Positions 14,831 through 26,750 are shown, numbered from the whole stretch's first letter. The stretch: DNA of 63,376 nucleotides, filler included, from Octopus bimaculoides (GCF_001194135.2; 11 parts of 10 records of this genome joined end to end with filler, not necessarily neighbours in it), one strand, 5' to 3'. Program-made: numbers and translations. Notes: generated by a model from the letters alone, not told the origin.

Positions 14831-15050
14831 TGGTTAGATGTGTATCATGGTGAACAGATGCAAACGGAATGTGTATTCCTTTGAAGTAAACAAATGAATG
14901 AATCGATTCATAGTTAAAATAATTTATTCACTGGACTTAATTTGTTGTTGGTACACAAAATTCTTCACGACATGCAAAGTGTTGACAACTGCTACGAGAT
15001 GCTAGAAATAGAAACAGAGTACATCAGTGGAAATGATATGTCAGAAATGA

Positions 15051-15089
<39 letters not shown>

Positions 15090-15095
<6 letters not shown>

Positions 15096-15298
15096 TAGTT
15101 CATCTGAGACAGTGGTCTACCGTGGAACTTCGAACATTGCTCTGGTCTCTGCGGTCGCCAAAACCTGTTCTGTTGCAGACCTTTCTCATTTGCCTGCTAG
15201 ACCCTTCTCCTCTCGTCTGTTTGTTGACCACCATATTTATAATAATCGTGGCAGCTAGAAGGACAGACATACTGCAGCAGAGTCCATTTGAACTTCGC
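15090..15298 (-). mobile_element. Possible RTE LINE 3' fragment
   Basis: Degenerate Arg/Gly-rich C-terminal RTE-like reading on the minus strand. Confidence 0.3.
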
Positions 15299-15496
15299 NN
15301 NNNNNNNNNNNNNNNNNNNNNNNNNNNNNNNNNNNNNNNNNNTTAATTAATTAANNNNNNNNNNNNNNNNNNNNNNNNNNNNNNNNNNNNNNNNNNNNAT
15401 AAATATATATATATATATAAATATAGCCGTCTAAAAACCCATAAGTCACGAAAAAATGCACTCTTATATTTGTCAGTAGAGTGGGTATATTAATCG

Positions 15497-15796
15497 AAGG
15501 GTGCAGTACTATATATCCATCACGGCCAATTTTACCGATCGGTTTTACATAAGGGTTTCAACGGAATGTTAGGTAACAGTCTGATTATGTAACCTTCGCT
15601 CTTCAGAGATGGCAGTTATGGAATGAAATATGTCGCCATATGGAAGGAAATAAGTTGTCATATTTCACTCCTTAACTGCCATCTCTGAAAGGCACAGGGT
15701 TACATAATCAGACTGTTACTTAACATTCCGATGAAGCCGTAGTGCGAAACAGTTCGGTAAGATCGGCCGTAATGGATATATAATACTGTACACTTT
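15497..15796. repeat. ~300-bp imperfect palindrome (hairpin element)
   Basis: GTAACAGTCTGATTATGTAACC..CAGAGATGGCAGTTA..TGAAATATG (15573-15633) is mirrored at 15657-15719. Outer arms ATCCATCACGGCC..TTACCGA / TCGGTAA..GGCCGTAATGGAT also pair. Confidence 0.8.
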
Positions 15797-15859
15797 GATT
15801 AACACACACACACACACATACGCACACACACACAAAAATACACACACACAGTTATGTGT

Positions 15860-16055
15860 TTGGTGTTTTATTTGTTTGTCCTCCACTACTGCTTGACAAC
15901 CGGTGTTGATTTGCTTACGCTCCCGTAACTTGTCGGTTCGGCAGATGAGTGCGATAGAATAAGTACCAGACTTAAAGATAAATATTGACAGCGATTTGTT
16001 CGACAAAGACTTTCAAGGCCAGCATGTCCGTAGTCCAATGACTGAAACAAGTAAA
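15860..16055 (+). mobile_element. tRNA-SINE family A, 3' half
   Basis: GCTTGACAACCGG..GATAGAATAAGTACCAG..ATGACTGAAACAAGTAAA. Confidence 0.7.
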
Positions 16056-16349
16056 TGGCAAATAACCAGACATGTACCATTGAATATTAAAGTGTCATTA
16101 ACCTACTAACTAATTGACTTTTCAATGTTTTGATGTTTGATTGACCAATTTTCTCCATAAACGATCGATTAACCAAGTTTGCAGAATGTTGCATATAGCT
16201 AAACGAATCCAGATACCAGGTTCGTATCAACGAATGCTCCAAGACGATAGCTCAAACAATCAAGGAGATTAGCTGAGAAGAAAATGAGAAATTTTAAGCA
16301 AAACTATGCACCCACTCACAAACGAGGAATGTTTTCTGGCAACATCGTA

Positions 16350-16472
16350 GGTACGCCGAGCAAAATGCTTAGCGGCACATCGCCTGACTTTACGTTCTGA
16401 GTTCAAATTCCACTGAAGTTGACTTTCCTTTTCATCTTTTCGAGGTCGATAAAATAAGTACCAGTTGAGTAC
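16350..16472 (+). mobile_element. tRNA-SINE family B (partial)
   Basis: GCAAAATGCTTAGCGGC..GTTCTGAGTTCAAATTCC..GAGGTCGATAAAATAAGTACCAG. Confidence 0.7.
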
Positions 16473-16912
16473 TTAACCAAGAAAAAAATATCTTTCTTAA
16501 ATGGCTTAGTCAGCGGAGGCAAGGCGACGACACTGACTCTTTTCGGAATTTCCATTATTGGAGGGAGGTGGAGAAGAAGTAAGGAGAAAGTTTTCAGACT
16601 GGAGATCAACCCCGAATGTATACAACAAAATGTACTCTGCTAAAATCTACCAAGAGTTGGGTAGTTGTTAAACCAGGCGACTGATTAAATCTACCAATCA
16701 AAGCAAACACTTACTCATGAACGTTATCTACGGGAATACCAATAAAGCGTAGGTTATGAATACATAAATATACCAAGTCACATCTGAATGTATGTAATCA
16801 AGCCGTGAAATTAGGCTCCAATGCATCTGAGATCAGAAGCGATTATTTTAAAACATTGTTTTAATCCCTATCTCAAAATCAGAAGCCATTTAACAGCTTT
16901 AACAACTCCTAA

Positions 16913-17050
16913 GGCGGCGAGCTGGCAGAATCGTTGGCAGGCTGAACAAAACGCTTAGCAGCATTTCGCCTGTCCTTACGTTCTGAGTTCAAATTCTTCC
17001 GGGGTCGACTTTGCCTTTCATCCTTCGGGGATCGATAAAATAAGTACCGG
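16913..17050 (+). mobile_element. tRNA-SINE family B
   Basis: GGCGGCGAGCTGGCAGAATCGTT..GAGTTCAAATT..GTCGACTTTGCCTTTCATCCTTCGGGG.TCGATAAAATAAGTACC. Confidence 0.8.
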
Positions 17051-17517
17051 TAGATTATTTGTTAAAATGTTAAAAAAAACTATTAAAGAATCTTCTACTG
17101 AAATTGCTTTGTATCTTTGGAAGTAGAAATAAACAAGCGAAACCTGATGAAATGTTAAATAAAAATGAAAATTGGTTGGTTTAATTCTCATCCCAGTTTG
17201 CTGAATCGTACTTCTTGGGGTTCTATTTCACAGCGGTATCTAACTACATATGGCCATGATTCTGTGTACAGGGATAGCTTACGTTAAGAAGTTCTGGCTA
17301 CGCAATTCTGCACCTATAGAAATTTTGAAGTATGACGACTAATTTCGAGATTGGGATGTTATCTCCTCAATAATAGTTAACTGGGCAAATTTTAACTACA
17401 TTAAAAATTTATATCACAATATATAACTCATTCCAATACAATGGTAAAAGGAAAAAATAATTAAATAAATGGTGAATAGGAAGGTGAATACCCCATCTCT
17501 CTCTTTTACCTTCTACC

Positions 17518-17518
17518 C

Positions 17519-17590
<72 letters not shown>

Positions 17591-17612
17591 CTCTATCTAT
17601 CTATCTGTCTGT
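17518..17612. repeat. (ATCT)n microsatellite
   Basis: Direct tetranucleotide run. Confidence 0.95.
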
Positions 17613-17789
17613 CTATCTGTGTATATACAGCCGCCAACCATACTTTCTCACAGACATATATATATATATATCAAATATTTTTTAGTAGATAACCCAGACC
17701 AACAAGTATTTGATTGTCAGGATGTTTTTATCTTATATGAAGGAATCCATTTTTTCACCATCACCTCTAAATTTCAAGATACTCAAACC

Positions 17790-18540
17790 TCCTAATCATG
17801 AGTGAACTTTAAGATGGCAAATTTTCTTCTGGGGCAACAAAGCACATGCAACCAGACATCAATGATTTTTACATATGTTGGGCAGCAGAGCCAGGGAAAG
17901 CATTTAGTGATGCTAAGAATGACCGCAGTGAACATTTGTTAAAAGGTCTTTTAATTTAGTTGAAGAGCTTTTAGTTCGAACGGTAAAAAAATAATCTTAG
18001 CTCCATTCCACATCAAACATGGCTTCATGAAGCAGTTTGTTAAATCTCTGGATAAAGACGGACCATGCTTTCCTTATAGCTGCAGCACATTTCCCGGTCT
18101 GAGCAGTGAAAAGATAAAATCTGAAATATTTGATGGGCCTCAGATCATAAAATTAATGAAAGATAGGAACTTTGTAAATTGAATAAATTGCATTGAATCA
18201 TGGATTTCATTTGTGATAGTTGTAAATAACTTTCTGGGCAACAAAAAAGCAACCAGCATGCTGGAGAACTTTCAGATGTTCGGAGCAAATATGAGCATAG
18301 AGCTGCACTATCTTCATAGTCACCTTGTTAAACTCCTTAAAAATCTAGGTGACACAAGCGACAAGCAGGGAGAACGTTTCCATCAGAGCATAAAATCAAT
18401 GGAACAAAGGTATCAAGGTAGATGGGACTTGCATATGATGGCAGACTATTGCAGAAACTTGGCTCTGATCATTGTGAGGTCCAGCACTCAAGAAAATCAT
18501 CAAAACGCAACTTCATGGGAGATTAGGCATAAATAATCAT
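17790..18540 (+). mobile_element. Degenerate DNA transposase, Chapaev3-like (RAG1/Transib-related family)
   Basis: IILAPFHIKHGFMKQFVKSLDKDGPCF..FPGLSSEKIKSEIFDGPQIIKLMKD..NFLGNKKA..GANMSIELHYLHSHL..LGDTSDKQGERFHQSIKSMEQRYQGRWDLHMMADYC matches the widespread LPPLHIKLG..SDEQGERFHQ..RYQG..MLADYCW transposase family. The superfamily name is from recall. Confidence 0.7.
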
Positions 18541-19299
18541 GTAAATTGTAAAGATTTTTCACTTGTAAAGATTTTTCACAAGTCTTTCTGTAGAATTTTA
18601 AGATAATATTCTAGTTTTGAAGAAAAATCGATTTCTATGTATGTTTGCATGTTATACTTTGTTCCTCCTAAGCTGTTTTATTGAAAAAATAAATAAATAA
18701 ATAAAATCTTATATTCCAGCTTCTTAAAATGTTGAAGTAGTGGTAATAAATGGAAGTCCTTTTCGGATTCTCTTTGTCAAAAAAAAAAAAAACCCTAGTT
18801 CAGGTTTTTTTTTAAGTTAAGTTTTTGACAACAGAGAAAAAACATTTTTTTGATGACCTGTTTAATAAATATATATTTGGTGTGGACCTTCATGTCTATC
18901 GCCACCGCTGTTGGACTAATTTTTTTTACAAACGTATAATACATGCAAACAGGTTATTAGTATTACTATGCCATAGCGAAATCTGATGTACACACACACA
19001 CACACACATACACACACTAGATCAGGATTCAAGTGAATCAGGCGCTTAAATGGTAGGGCACCGGGTAGGGTCGAAAAGTAAAATGTGTATACAACAAAAA
19101 CAGAAGAATACATACGCGGGTGCTGAAGTACAGGCAGAAAAATATTCAAGTTGTGTATACGATTAAGTATATCCGATTTAGTATATCAATAGTCCTGGGG
19201 CTAATCAAGAAACACACATTGCACTAAATGTACGATCAATAATATACTTCGAATCTACGCAAGGAGCAGGTTCCGAGAGAGAGGTGAATAATAACTAAC

Positions 19300-19538
19300 T
19301 AACAACAGATGGATAATGTGTCAACTCACTACAGCTGTTTCTAACGAATTTTTGATTGATTAAGGGAGACATTACATCATTAGAAAAAGCTGTTTTCATC
19401 AGGTGAATACACGAACCACAACATTCAAAAACATTAAAAAAACACCTGTTTTTTCTAATGATGTAATGTCTCTATTAATCAATTAGAAATTCGTTGGAAA
19501 CAGCTGTAGTGAATTGACACATTATCCATCTGTTGTTA
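19300..19538. repeat. Palindromic element (~90-bp arms) with a hammerhead-like core; likely Penelope-derived
   Basis: Arms 19300-19388 and 19449-19538 are reverse complements. Minus strand 19408-19324 reads ATTCAC-CTGATGA-..-GAAAC-AGCT-GTA-GTGAGT. Confidence 0.75.
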
Positions 19539-19576
<38 letters not shown>

Positions 19577-19625
19577 TGTATGTATGTGCGTGTGCGTGTA
19601 TGTATGTATATAAAACACGGTATAA

Positions 19626-19980
19626 ATAAATAATGGTCAATATATAGTTTTCTTTATTGTAGTAAACTTGACTTACAGCTGTTTCAAGTAGTCATTATAG
19701 GTTCGTTACGGACAGGTTTACCCAATCGGCCCATTGATCAACTGAGAAAATCGAACAACCTAGAAAATTAATGCTGTACTATACTTTCAATGTTCTGCTT
19801 GGTTATAACCAGAAATGACGCTCACGAAAGTAAGCAATAATTTTCTAGGTTGTTCAATTTTTCTCAATCGATCAGTGGGCAGATTGAGAAAACCTGTCAA
19901 AAAACCTATGATGACTACTGGAAACAGCTGCATGTCAAATTTACTACAATAAACAAAAATATGTAATGACCATTATTTAT
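19626..19980. repeat. Palindromic element (~145-bp arms)
   Basis: Arms 19626-19770 and 19838-19980 pair (ATAAATAATGGTCA..TTGTAGTAAA..CAGCTGTTTC..AACAACCTAGAAAATTA). Confidence 0.8.
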
Positions 19981-20121
19981 GCCTTCTTTTGTATATTACT
20001 CTGTGTAAAAACCAGTTTAACTGGAACACAACCATGGGTTTACAATATAGAATGGTGATGAACTATAATCTCGGACCCTGCCACAAGAATATGCAGAGTT
20101 CTTTACTAATCTTTACTAATA

Positions 20122-20530
20122 GGCGCTGGAGTGGCTGTGTGGTAAGTAGCTTGCTTACCAACCACATGGTTCTGGGTTTAGTCCCACTGTGTGGCACCTT
20201 GGGCAAGTGTCTTCTACTATAGCTTCGGGCTGACCATAGCCAAGTGAGTGGATTTGGTAGACGGAAACTGAAAGAAGCCCGTCGAATATATGTATATGCA
20301 TATATATATATATGTGTGTCTGTGTTTGTGTGTCTGTGTTTGTCCCTTTCAACATCGCTTGACAACCGATGCTGGTGTGTTTGCGTCCCTGTAACTTTGC
20401 GGTTCGGAAAAAGGGAACCAATAGAGTAAGTACTAGGCTTACAAAGAATAAGTCCTGGGGTCGATTTTCTCGACTAAGAGCGGTGCTCCAGCATGGCCGC
20501 AATCAAATGACTGAAACAAGTAAAAGAGTA
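20122..20530 (+). mobile_element. tRNA-SINE family A, full length
   Basis: GGCGCTGGAGTGGCTGTGTGGTAAG head, ACCTTGGGCAAGTGTCTTC, GGATTTGGTAGACGGAAACTGAAAGAAGCCCGTCG, internal (TA)/(TG) run, tail GACTGAAACAAGTAAAAGAGTA. Confidence 0.85.
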
Positions 20531-20619
20531 ATCTCAACAATATTATTAGTCTGGTGTACTATGAGAGAGCTTATAAAGTATTTTTCCCGGATTGAAAATA
20601 CTTATAACTCTGCCATCTC

Positions 20620-20830
20620 TTAGAAACGCCTGTGTTAGAATGGTGACAGCTGATGAAGGAAAATGTTCTCTATGTGGCCTGTGTGTTTTCTGCACTCTGG
20701 TTATTATTATTTTTTTGTCTACGTTTTGTTTGCAATGTCCTGTACCCAGATATATACAGATAGATGTAGGTATGCACATACTTGTACGTATATATGCATA
20801 TACTCATTTATTATTTGTTTTATATATATA
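20620..20830 (+). mobile_element. Dispersed repeat (PLE terminal-repeat-like); inverted copy at 28915-29135
   Basis: GAAACGCCTGTGTTAGAATGG..CAGCTGATGAAGG..TTCTCTATGTGGCCTGTGTGTTTTCTG..GTCTACG..AATGTCCTGTACCCAGATAT is shared with the minus strand at ~29 kb. Confidence 0.65.
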
Positions 20831-20839
20831 AATATATAT

Positions 20840-20877
<38 letters not shown>

Positions 20878-21429
20878 CACACACACACACACACACACAC
20901 GCACGCACGCACACATATATAACGTGACCACGTGGTTGCAAAGCTAATCGCTTACGTCTATGCCTATTTATTTATTTATTTATTTATTCATTCATTTACT
21001 TATTTATTCAAAATATTTAGTTTAGCTCATTTCAATTTAGGAAGCTGGATTTCTAACTGGAGCTCCATTTGCAATATCAAATGAAATTTACAGTCGAGTA
21101 TTGGGGAAATAGATACTTCAGAGAATTTTAATCTGCTCTACCAAAATCTATAAGAGAATCCCAACAAGGCCTTGTCAAAAATACACAAATAAGGAAGTAA
21201 ATAAATAAATAAAAATGTGTTCACGTGTATATACGTATATACGAGTTAGTGTTTTATGTATGTAAAAATGTACGATGTGTGTCTCTATGTTTCTGCATTT
21301 AGTAATGTCAGTTGCTTTATAACTATTTTCTGTATCTGCGCGCCTGATTATCTGTACGACTCTGTGTGTATGTGTGTGTTCATGTATGCATGCATCAGTA
21401 TAGCTTTTCCTGACAGCAGCAATGTCATA

Positions 21430-21468
<39 letters not shown>

Positions 21469-21685
21469 GAGAAAGTAAGTATGTGAAAGAGAGACGAAAG
21501 AGAATTAGAAAGAGAGAAGGAGAGAAAATTAGTGACATAGNNNNNNNNNNNNNNNNNNNNNNNNNNNNNNNNNNNNNNNNNNNNTTAATTAATTAANNNN
21601 NNNNNNNNNNNNNNNNNNNNNNNNNNNNNNNNNNNNNNNNTTGCTTTGCTATGCATGCTAAAATTATCACCACATTTATTCCATT

Positions 21686-22041
21686 TTAGACAGAGAGTGC
21701 TTTCCGTAGTAAATGGGCTGTACCCATCAAGGTTATCTTTTGTAGTTCACAGAGATTGGAGTTACCAGGGAGTTGCTTAATATACTTCTCAGCTCCCTTC
21801 TTTATCATTCCCAACCCACCAATTACTACTGGTATTATCGTAGTACTAAGCTTCCACATTTTTGTGATTCTAATTTGCAGATCTTTAGAGTGAGAAAGCT
21901 TTTCGTATTCCTTTCTTGAGACATTTTGATCTTGTGGGAAGACATATCTATTAACAGACAAGTTCCTCTGTTGTAGTCCTTGATCATAATGTCTGGTCGA
22001 TGGAACCAATTTTTCTGTCTGTTTGTATTGGGAGGTTCCAA
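21686..22041 (-). mobile_element. R4/Dong-type LINE REL-domain fragment
   Basis: RPDIMIKDYNRGTCLLIDMS..EYEKLSHSKDLQIRITKMWKLSTTIIPVVIGGLGMIKKGAEKYIKQLPG..ELQKITLMGTAHLLRKALS. Confidence 0.8.
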
Positions 22042-22044
22042 AGG

Positions 22045-22115
<71 letters not shown>
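22045..22115. repeat. (TTA)n microsatellite
   Basis: Direct trinucleotide run. Confidence 0.95.
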
Positions 22116-22119
<4 letters not shown>

Positions 22120-23344
22120 TAGTTTTATTTTTATAACGTCCTTTCACTTCACTACCGAGCGCAGCCCTGTGTGCCTTGGGTATGTGCTGTTGTTTGCTGT
22201 GATGCTCTTATGGTTCCTGTATTGAAAGTGTTTTACGTAGGATGTGTGCAGTGCCCAGTAGTGTAATTTTCTGTATGTTATATATATTTGTAAGTCCTGG
22301 TGTTTTTGTTATGTATTTGTCTGAATATTTTTCATAATTATTATTATTATTATTATTATTTATCTATTTATTTTGAGACTTGAACGATGAGAAGCAAAGT
22401 CGAATCGGATGGGAATTAAACTCAAAGCGCGTAAGTAACAGACTAACCTCACAAGTCATTTAGTTCGGTTTGCTATAGGTTTTGTCATTTCACTGATCTT
22501 AAATCTAATAAAATATCATATTATTTCGTAATTTGTTGTTGTGTTGTTACCATTGTTTATTTCAATTCAGAGAAGATTTACATGACAATAGAATAAACAG
22601 TTTAATGTGTTTTACATTCTGTTGCAAGTCTTTGAGATTTTGAATTGATTTTCTTCTTTGGATTACATTCGACAAAATGTCTGGCATCGAGTGCTTTCGT
22701 AGCTAAGAACCATGAAAAATGTACCGAATATTTACGGTCTACAGTTTTTTTTAATATACACGCGCACACAACATACATACATACATACATATATATATAC
22801 ATATATATATACATATANNNNNNNNNNNNNNNNNNNNNNNNNNNNNNNNNNNNNNNNNNNNNNNNNNNNNNNNNNNNNNNNNNNNNNNNNNNNNNNNNNN
22901 NNNNNNNNNNNNNNNNNNNNNNNNNNNNNNNNNNNNNNNNNNNNNNNNNNNNNNNNNNNNNNNNNNNNNNNNNNNNNNNNNNNNNNNNNNNNNNNNNNNN
23001 NNNNNNNNNNNNNNNNNNNNNNNNNNNNNNNNNNNNNNNNNNNNNNNNNNNNNNNNNNNNNNNNNNNNNNNNNNNNNNNNNNNNNNNNNNNNNNNNNNNN
23101 NNNNNNNNNNNNNNNNNNNNNNNNNNNNNNNNNNNNNNNNNNNNNNNNNNNNNNNNNNNNNNNNNNNNNNNNNNNNNNNNNNNNNNNNNNNNNNNNNNNN
23201 NNNNNNNNNNNNNNNNNNNNNNNNNNNNNNNNNNNNNNNNNNNNNNNNNNNNNNNNNNNNNNNNNNNNNNNNNNNNNNNNNNNNNNNNNNNNNNNNNNNN
23301 NNNNNNNNNNNNNNNNNNNNNNNNNNNNNNNNNNNNNNNNNNNN

Positions 23345-23722
23345 GCTTGCTTACCAGCCACATGGTTCCGGGTTCAGTCCCACTGCGTGGCACCTTGGGC
23401 AAGTGTCTTCTACTATAGCCTCGGGTCGACCAAAGCCTCGTGAGTGGATTTGGTAGACGGAAACTGAAAGAAGCCCGTCGTATATATGTATATATATATA
23501 TATATATGTGTGTGTTTGTGTGTCTGTGTTTGTCCTCCTAGCATTGATTGACAACCGATGCTGGTGTGTTTATGTCTCCGTCACCTAGCAGTTCGCCAAA
23601 AGTGACCGATAGAATAAGTACTAGGCTTACAAAGAATCAGTCCCGGGGTCGATTTGCTCGACTAAAGGCGGTGCTCCAGCATGGCCGCAGTCAAATGACT
23701 GAAACAAGTAAAAGAGTAAAAG
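23345..23722 (+). mobile_element. tRNA-SINE family A, near-consensus copy with CpGs intact
   Basis: Same body as 20122. The head is lost in the gap. Confidence 0.85.
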
Positions 23723-23885
23723 AGATATATGCTTATCTATAGCAGTGTGGGAGCATTCCATTTTCTCTGCCAGTTCTCTTGTCGTNNNNNNNNNNNNNNN
23801 NNNNNNNNNNNNNNNNNNNNNNNNNNNNNTTAATTAATTAANNNNNNNNNNNNNNNNNNNNNNNNNNNNNNNNNNNNNNNNNNNN

Positions 23886-23978
<93 letters not shown>

Positions 23979-24229
23979 TTCATTAGCATCTTCTTTCAAT
24001 TCTGTTTCCATTTCTTGCCAAGTGTCTTCCTGACATCTAGGGCAGAGAAACGTACTCTATACATTGGTAGGCCATTAAAACAAACACACCAGATTGTTCA
24101 TTTACAGAGTCATGTGATAGAGAAAAAGGGGAAGACAGAGAGAAAAAGGAGAAAATAGAAAAGTAAACAAATAAAATAGGGGAGGGAAGAAAGAAAGAAA
24201 ATTCACAGCAACAATGCTCTTCTTAATAT

Positions 24230-24900
24230 GTGTGATATACCTGTTAAGACAATCTATTGCACTTCCTGTATGGATGGTAAGCCAAGGATCATTCTTAAAT
24301 AATTTTCACTTCTTTTTTTGATCATTCCAAGTGCTCCTACAATCATTGGTATTGTAACCGTCTTGAGATGCTATATCTTTTGATTTTGATTAGCAAATCT
24401 TTATATTTTCTGAGCTTATCAAATTCTTTTTCTGAGATATCATGGTCACAAGGTATGCTCATGTCAATCAATAAACAAACTTTATTGCTTTGGTCTTTCA
24501 CAACAATATCTGATTTGTTTGCTTTGATGGTCTGGTCTGTACATTCTGGAAAGTCCCAAAGATTTGTTACATTTTCTCCCTCAGTTACAGCCTCAGGGTG
24601 GTGCTTGTACCATTTGTCAGCAGTTTTGATTTTATAATGCCAACATTTTATCCACTGTAGATATTGGCCAACTCTGTCATGTCTTGATTTGTACTCTACA
24701 GGTGCCAAAACCTTACATCTAGAGATTAGGCAGTCCACTGTTTCTATCCCATCGTTGCAGTATTGGCACTTTGGGTCTACACCATTTTTCATCACATTGC
24801 CTCTTCTATTTCAATTCTCAGAGCTTTTGATTTCATTTTCCCTAGTTAATTCTGAAAACCTATTGTCAAGGGTCTCATGGGGTCTCTTTCCATGGTACTT
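24230..24900 (-). mobile_element. R4/Dong-type LINE fragment (CCHC knuckle + REL)
   Basis: ORF 24343-24795: DPKCQYCNDGIETVDCLISRCKVLAPVEYKSRHDRVGQYLQW..DKWYKHHPEAV..LWDF..IKANKSDIVVKD..CLLIDMSIP..EKEFDKLRKYKDL. Confidence 0.85.
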
Positions 24901-24930
24901 AACATTCATTATCAATATTATTATTATTAA

Positions 24931-25125
24931 GGTGATGAGCTGGCAGAATTGTTAGCACACTTGGCAAAATGCTTAGCCAGCATCTTTATGTTCTCTGTTC
25001 AAATTCTGCTGATGTCAACTTTACCTTTCATTTTTTGGAGTCAATAAAATAAGCACCAGTTGAGCACTGGAGCCAATGTAATTGACTGATACCCTCCCAC
25101 AAAATCACTGGCCAAAATTTGAATC
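24931..25125 (+). mobile_element. tRNA-SINE family B, CpG-decayed
   Basis: GGTGATGAGCTGGCAGAATTGTTAGCAC..TTTTGGAGTCAATAAAATAAGCACCAG. Confidence 0.75.
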
Positions 25126-25365
25126 CATTATTATTGTTATTATTGAGTGAGAGAGCAGTGCATGCCATCAAAGTGACACTGGGGTGAAATATACAAAGCC
25201 CATTATACCCATCATGACTACCCGTCTGATAAGGGTACACCAGGCACATGCATCACAACCATATGTGCGCAACATGGTGATCTCATATCATGATAAATAG
25301 CGCATGACCTCACAGGTGGGGCCCAGTTAGAATTTTCTTCAGGTCGAGTAGCTCATCCCGCTCAA

Positions 25366-25431
<66 letters not shown>

Positions 25432-25464
25432 GTTCAGTAGTTTTATTTTAATAACGTGCTTTCA

Positions 25465-25625
25465 CTTCTGAGTTCAGAATTCCACCGAGGTTAAATTTGC
25501 CTTTCATCCTTTTGGAGTCGATAAATTAAGTACCAGTGAAACACTGGGATCAATGTAATCAACTTAACGCCTTCCCAACAAACAAACAAAACAAAAAAAT
25601 TCAAGCCTTGTGCCTTTAGTAGAAA
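25465..25625 (+). mobile_element. tRNA-SINE family B, 3' part
   Basis: CTGAGTTCAGAATTCC..GCCTTTCATCCTTTTGGAGTCGATAAATTAAGTACCAG. Confidence 0.7.
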
Positions 25626-25626
25626 G

Positions 25627-25657
<31 letters not shown>

Positions 25658-26034
25658 TGTTTGGTCTGGAAGAAGGAAATATGCCCATGGCCTTCACTTG
25701 CCTTTCAAGACCAGTGATATGAATGTAGCTTAATGTTCCTTTGGATTGACTGCAAGAAAAAACAGGGGCAGGGAGGATATTTCAGAGAGATGACATTCTA
25801 GGAAAGAAAGAACAACAAAGTAGTGATGGGAAACATGCAATATAGGTATTGAGAAGAGAAGAGAAGAGTGAATTGAAAAAGCTAGAGTGGGGGTGGAGGT
25901 GGGAGGAAACCAACCAGCTGGCTCTAAGGAGCAGATGCCACTATAGTAGTAGTAGAAAAGGCAAAGTGAGGAGACAAATGATTATGGGTCAGAAGATGGA
26001 ATGTTTTGGTGACTGATTTCATATGTATCAGTCA

Positions 26035-26135
26035 CCGTCATCATAATTTAACGTCCATTTTCCATGTTGGACAGTTCAACAGGAGCTGGCCAGGTTCCAT
26101 ATCTGTTTTGTTTGGTTTCTATGACTGGATGGCCA
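26035..26135 (-). mobile_element. RTE-type 3' tail fragment
   Basis: TCATCAT..TTTAACGTCCATTTTCCATG..ACTGGATG, same tail as 34671. Confidence 0.55.
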
Positions 26136-26164
26136 TAATTTTCTCTTAGCTTGACATGTCTCCT

Positions 26165-26750
26165 CTACCAACCACATGGTTCCAGGTTCAGTCCCACTGC
26201 ATGGCACCTTGGGCAAGTGTCTTCTACTATAGCCTCGAGCCGACTAAAGCCTTGTGAGTGGATTTGGTAGACGGAAACTGAAAGAAGCCCATTGTATNNN
26301 NNNNNNNNNNNNNNNNNNNNNNNNNNNNNNNNNNNNNNNNNNNNNNNNNNNNNNNNNNNNNNNNNNNNNNNNNNNNNNNNNNNNNNNNNNNNNNNNNNNN
26401 NNNNNNNNNNNNNNNNNNNNNNNNNNNNNNNNNNNNNNNNNNNNNNNNNNNNNNNNNNNNNNNNNNNNNNNNNNNNNNNNNNNNNNNNNNNNNNNNNNNN
26501 NNNNNNNNNNNNNNNNNNNNNNNNNNNNNGTAGGTGTGTTTGTATGTCTGTGTTTGTCCCCCCACCATCGCTTGACAACCGATGCTGGTGTGTTTAATTC
26601 CCTGTAACTTAGCGGTTCGGCAAAAAGAGATCGATAGAATAAGTACTAGGCTTACAAAAGAATAAGTCCTGGGGTTGATTTTCTCGACTAAAGGCGGTGC
26701 TCCAGCATGGCCACAGTCAAATGACTGAAACAAGTAAAAGAGTAAAGAGT
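26165..26750 (+). mobile_element. tRNA-SINE family A, interrupted by a gap at its internal microsatellite
   Basis: Head part at 26165-26297 and tail part at 26530-26750. Confidence 0.8.
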
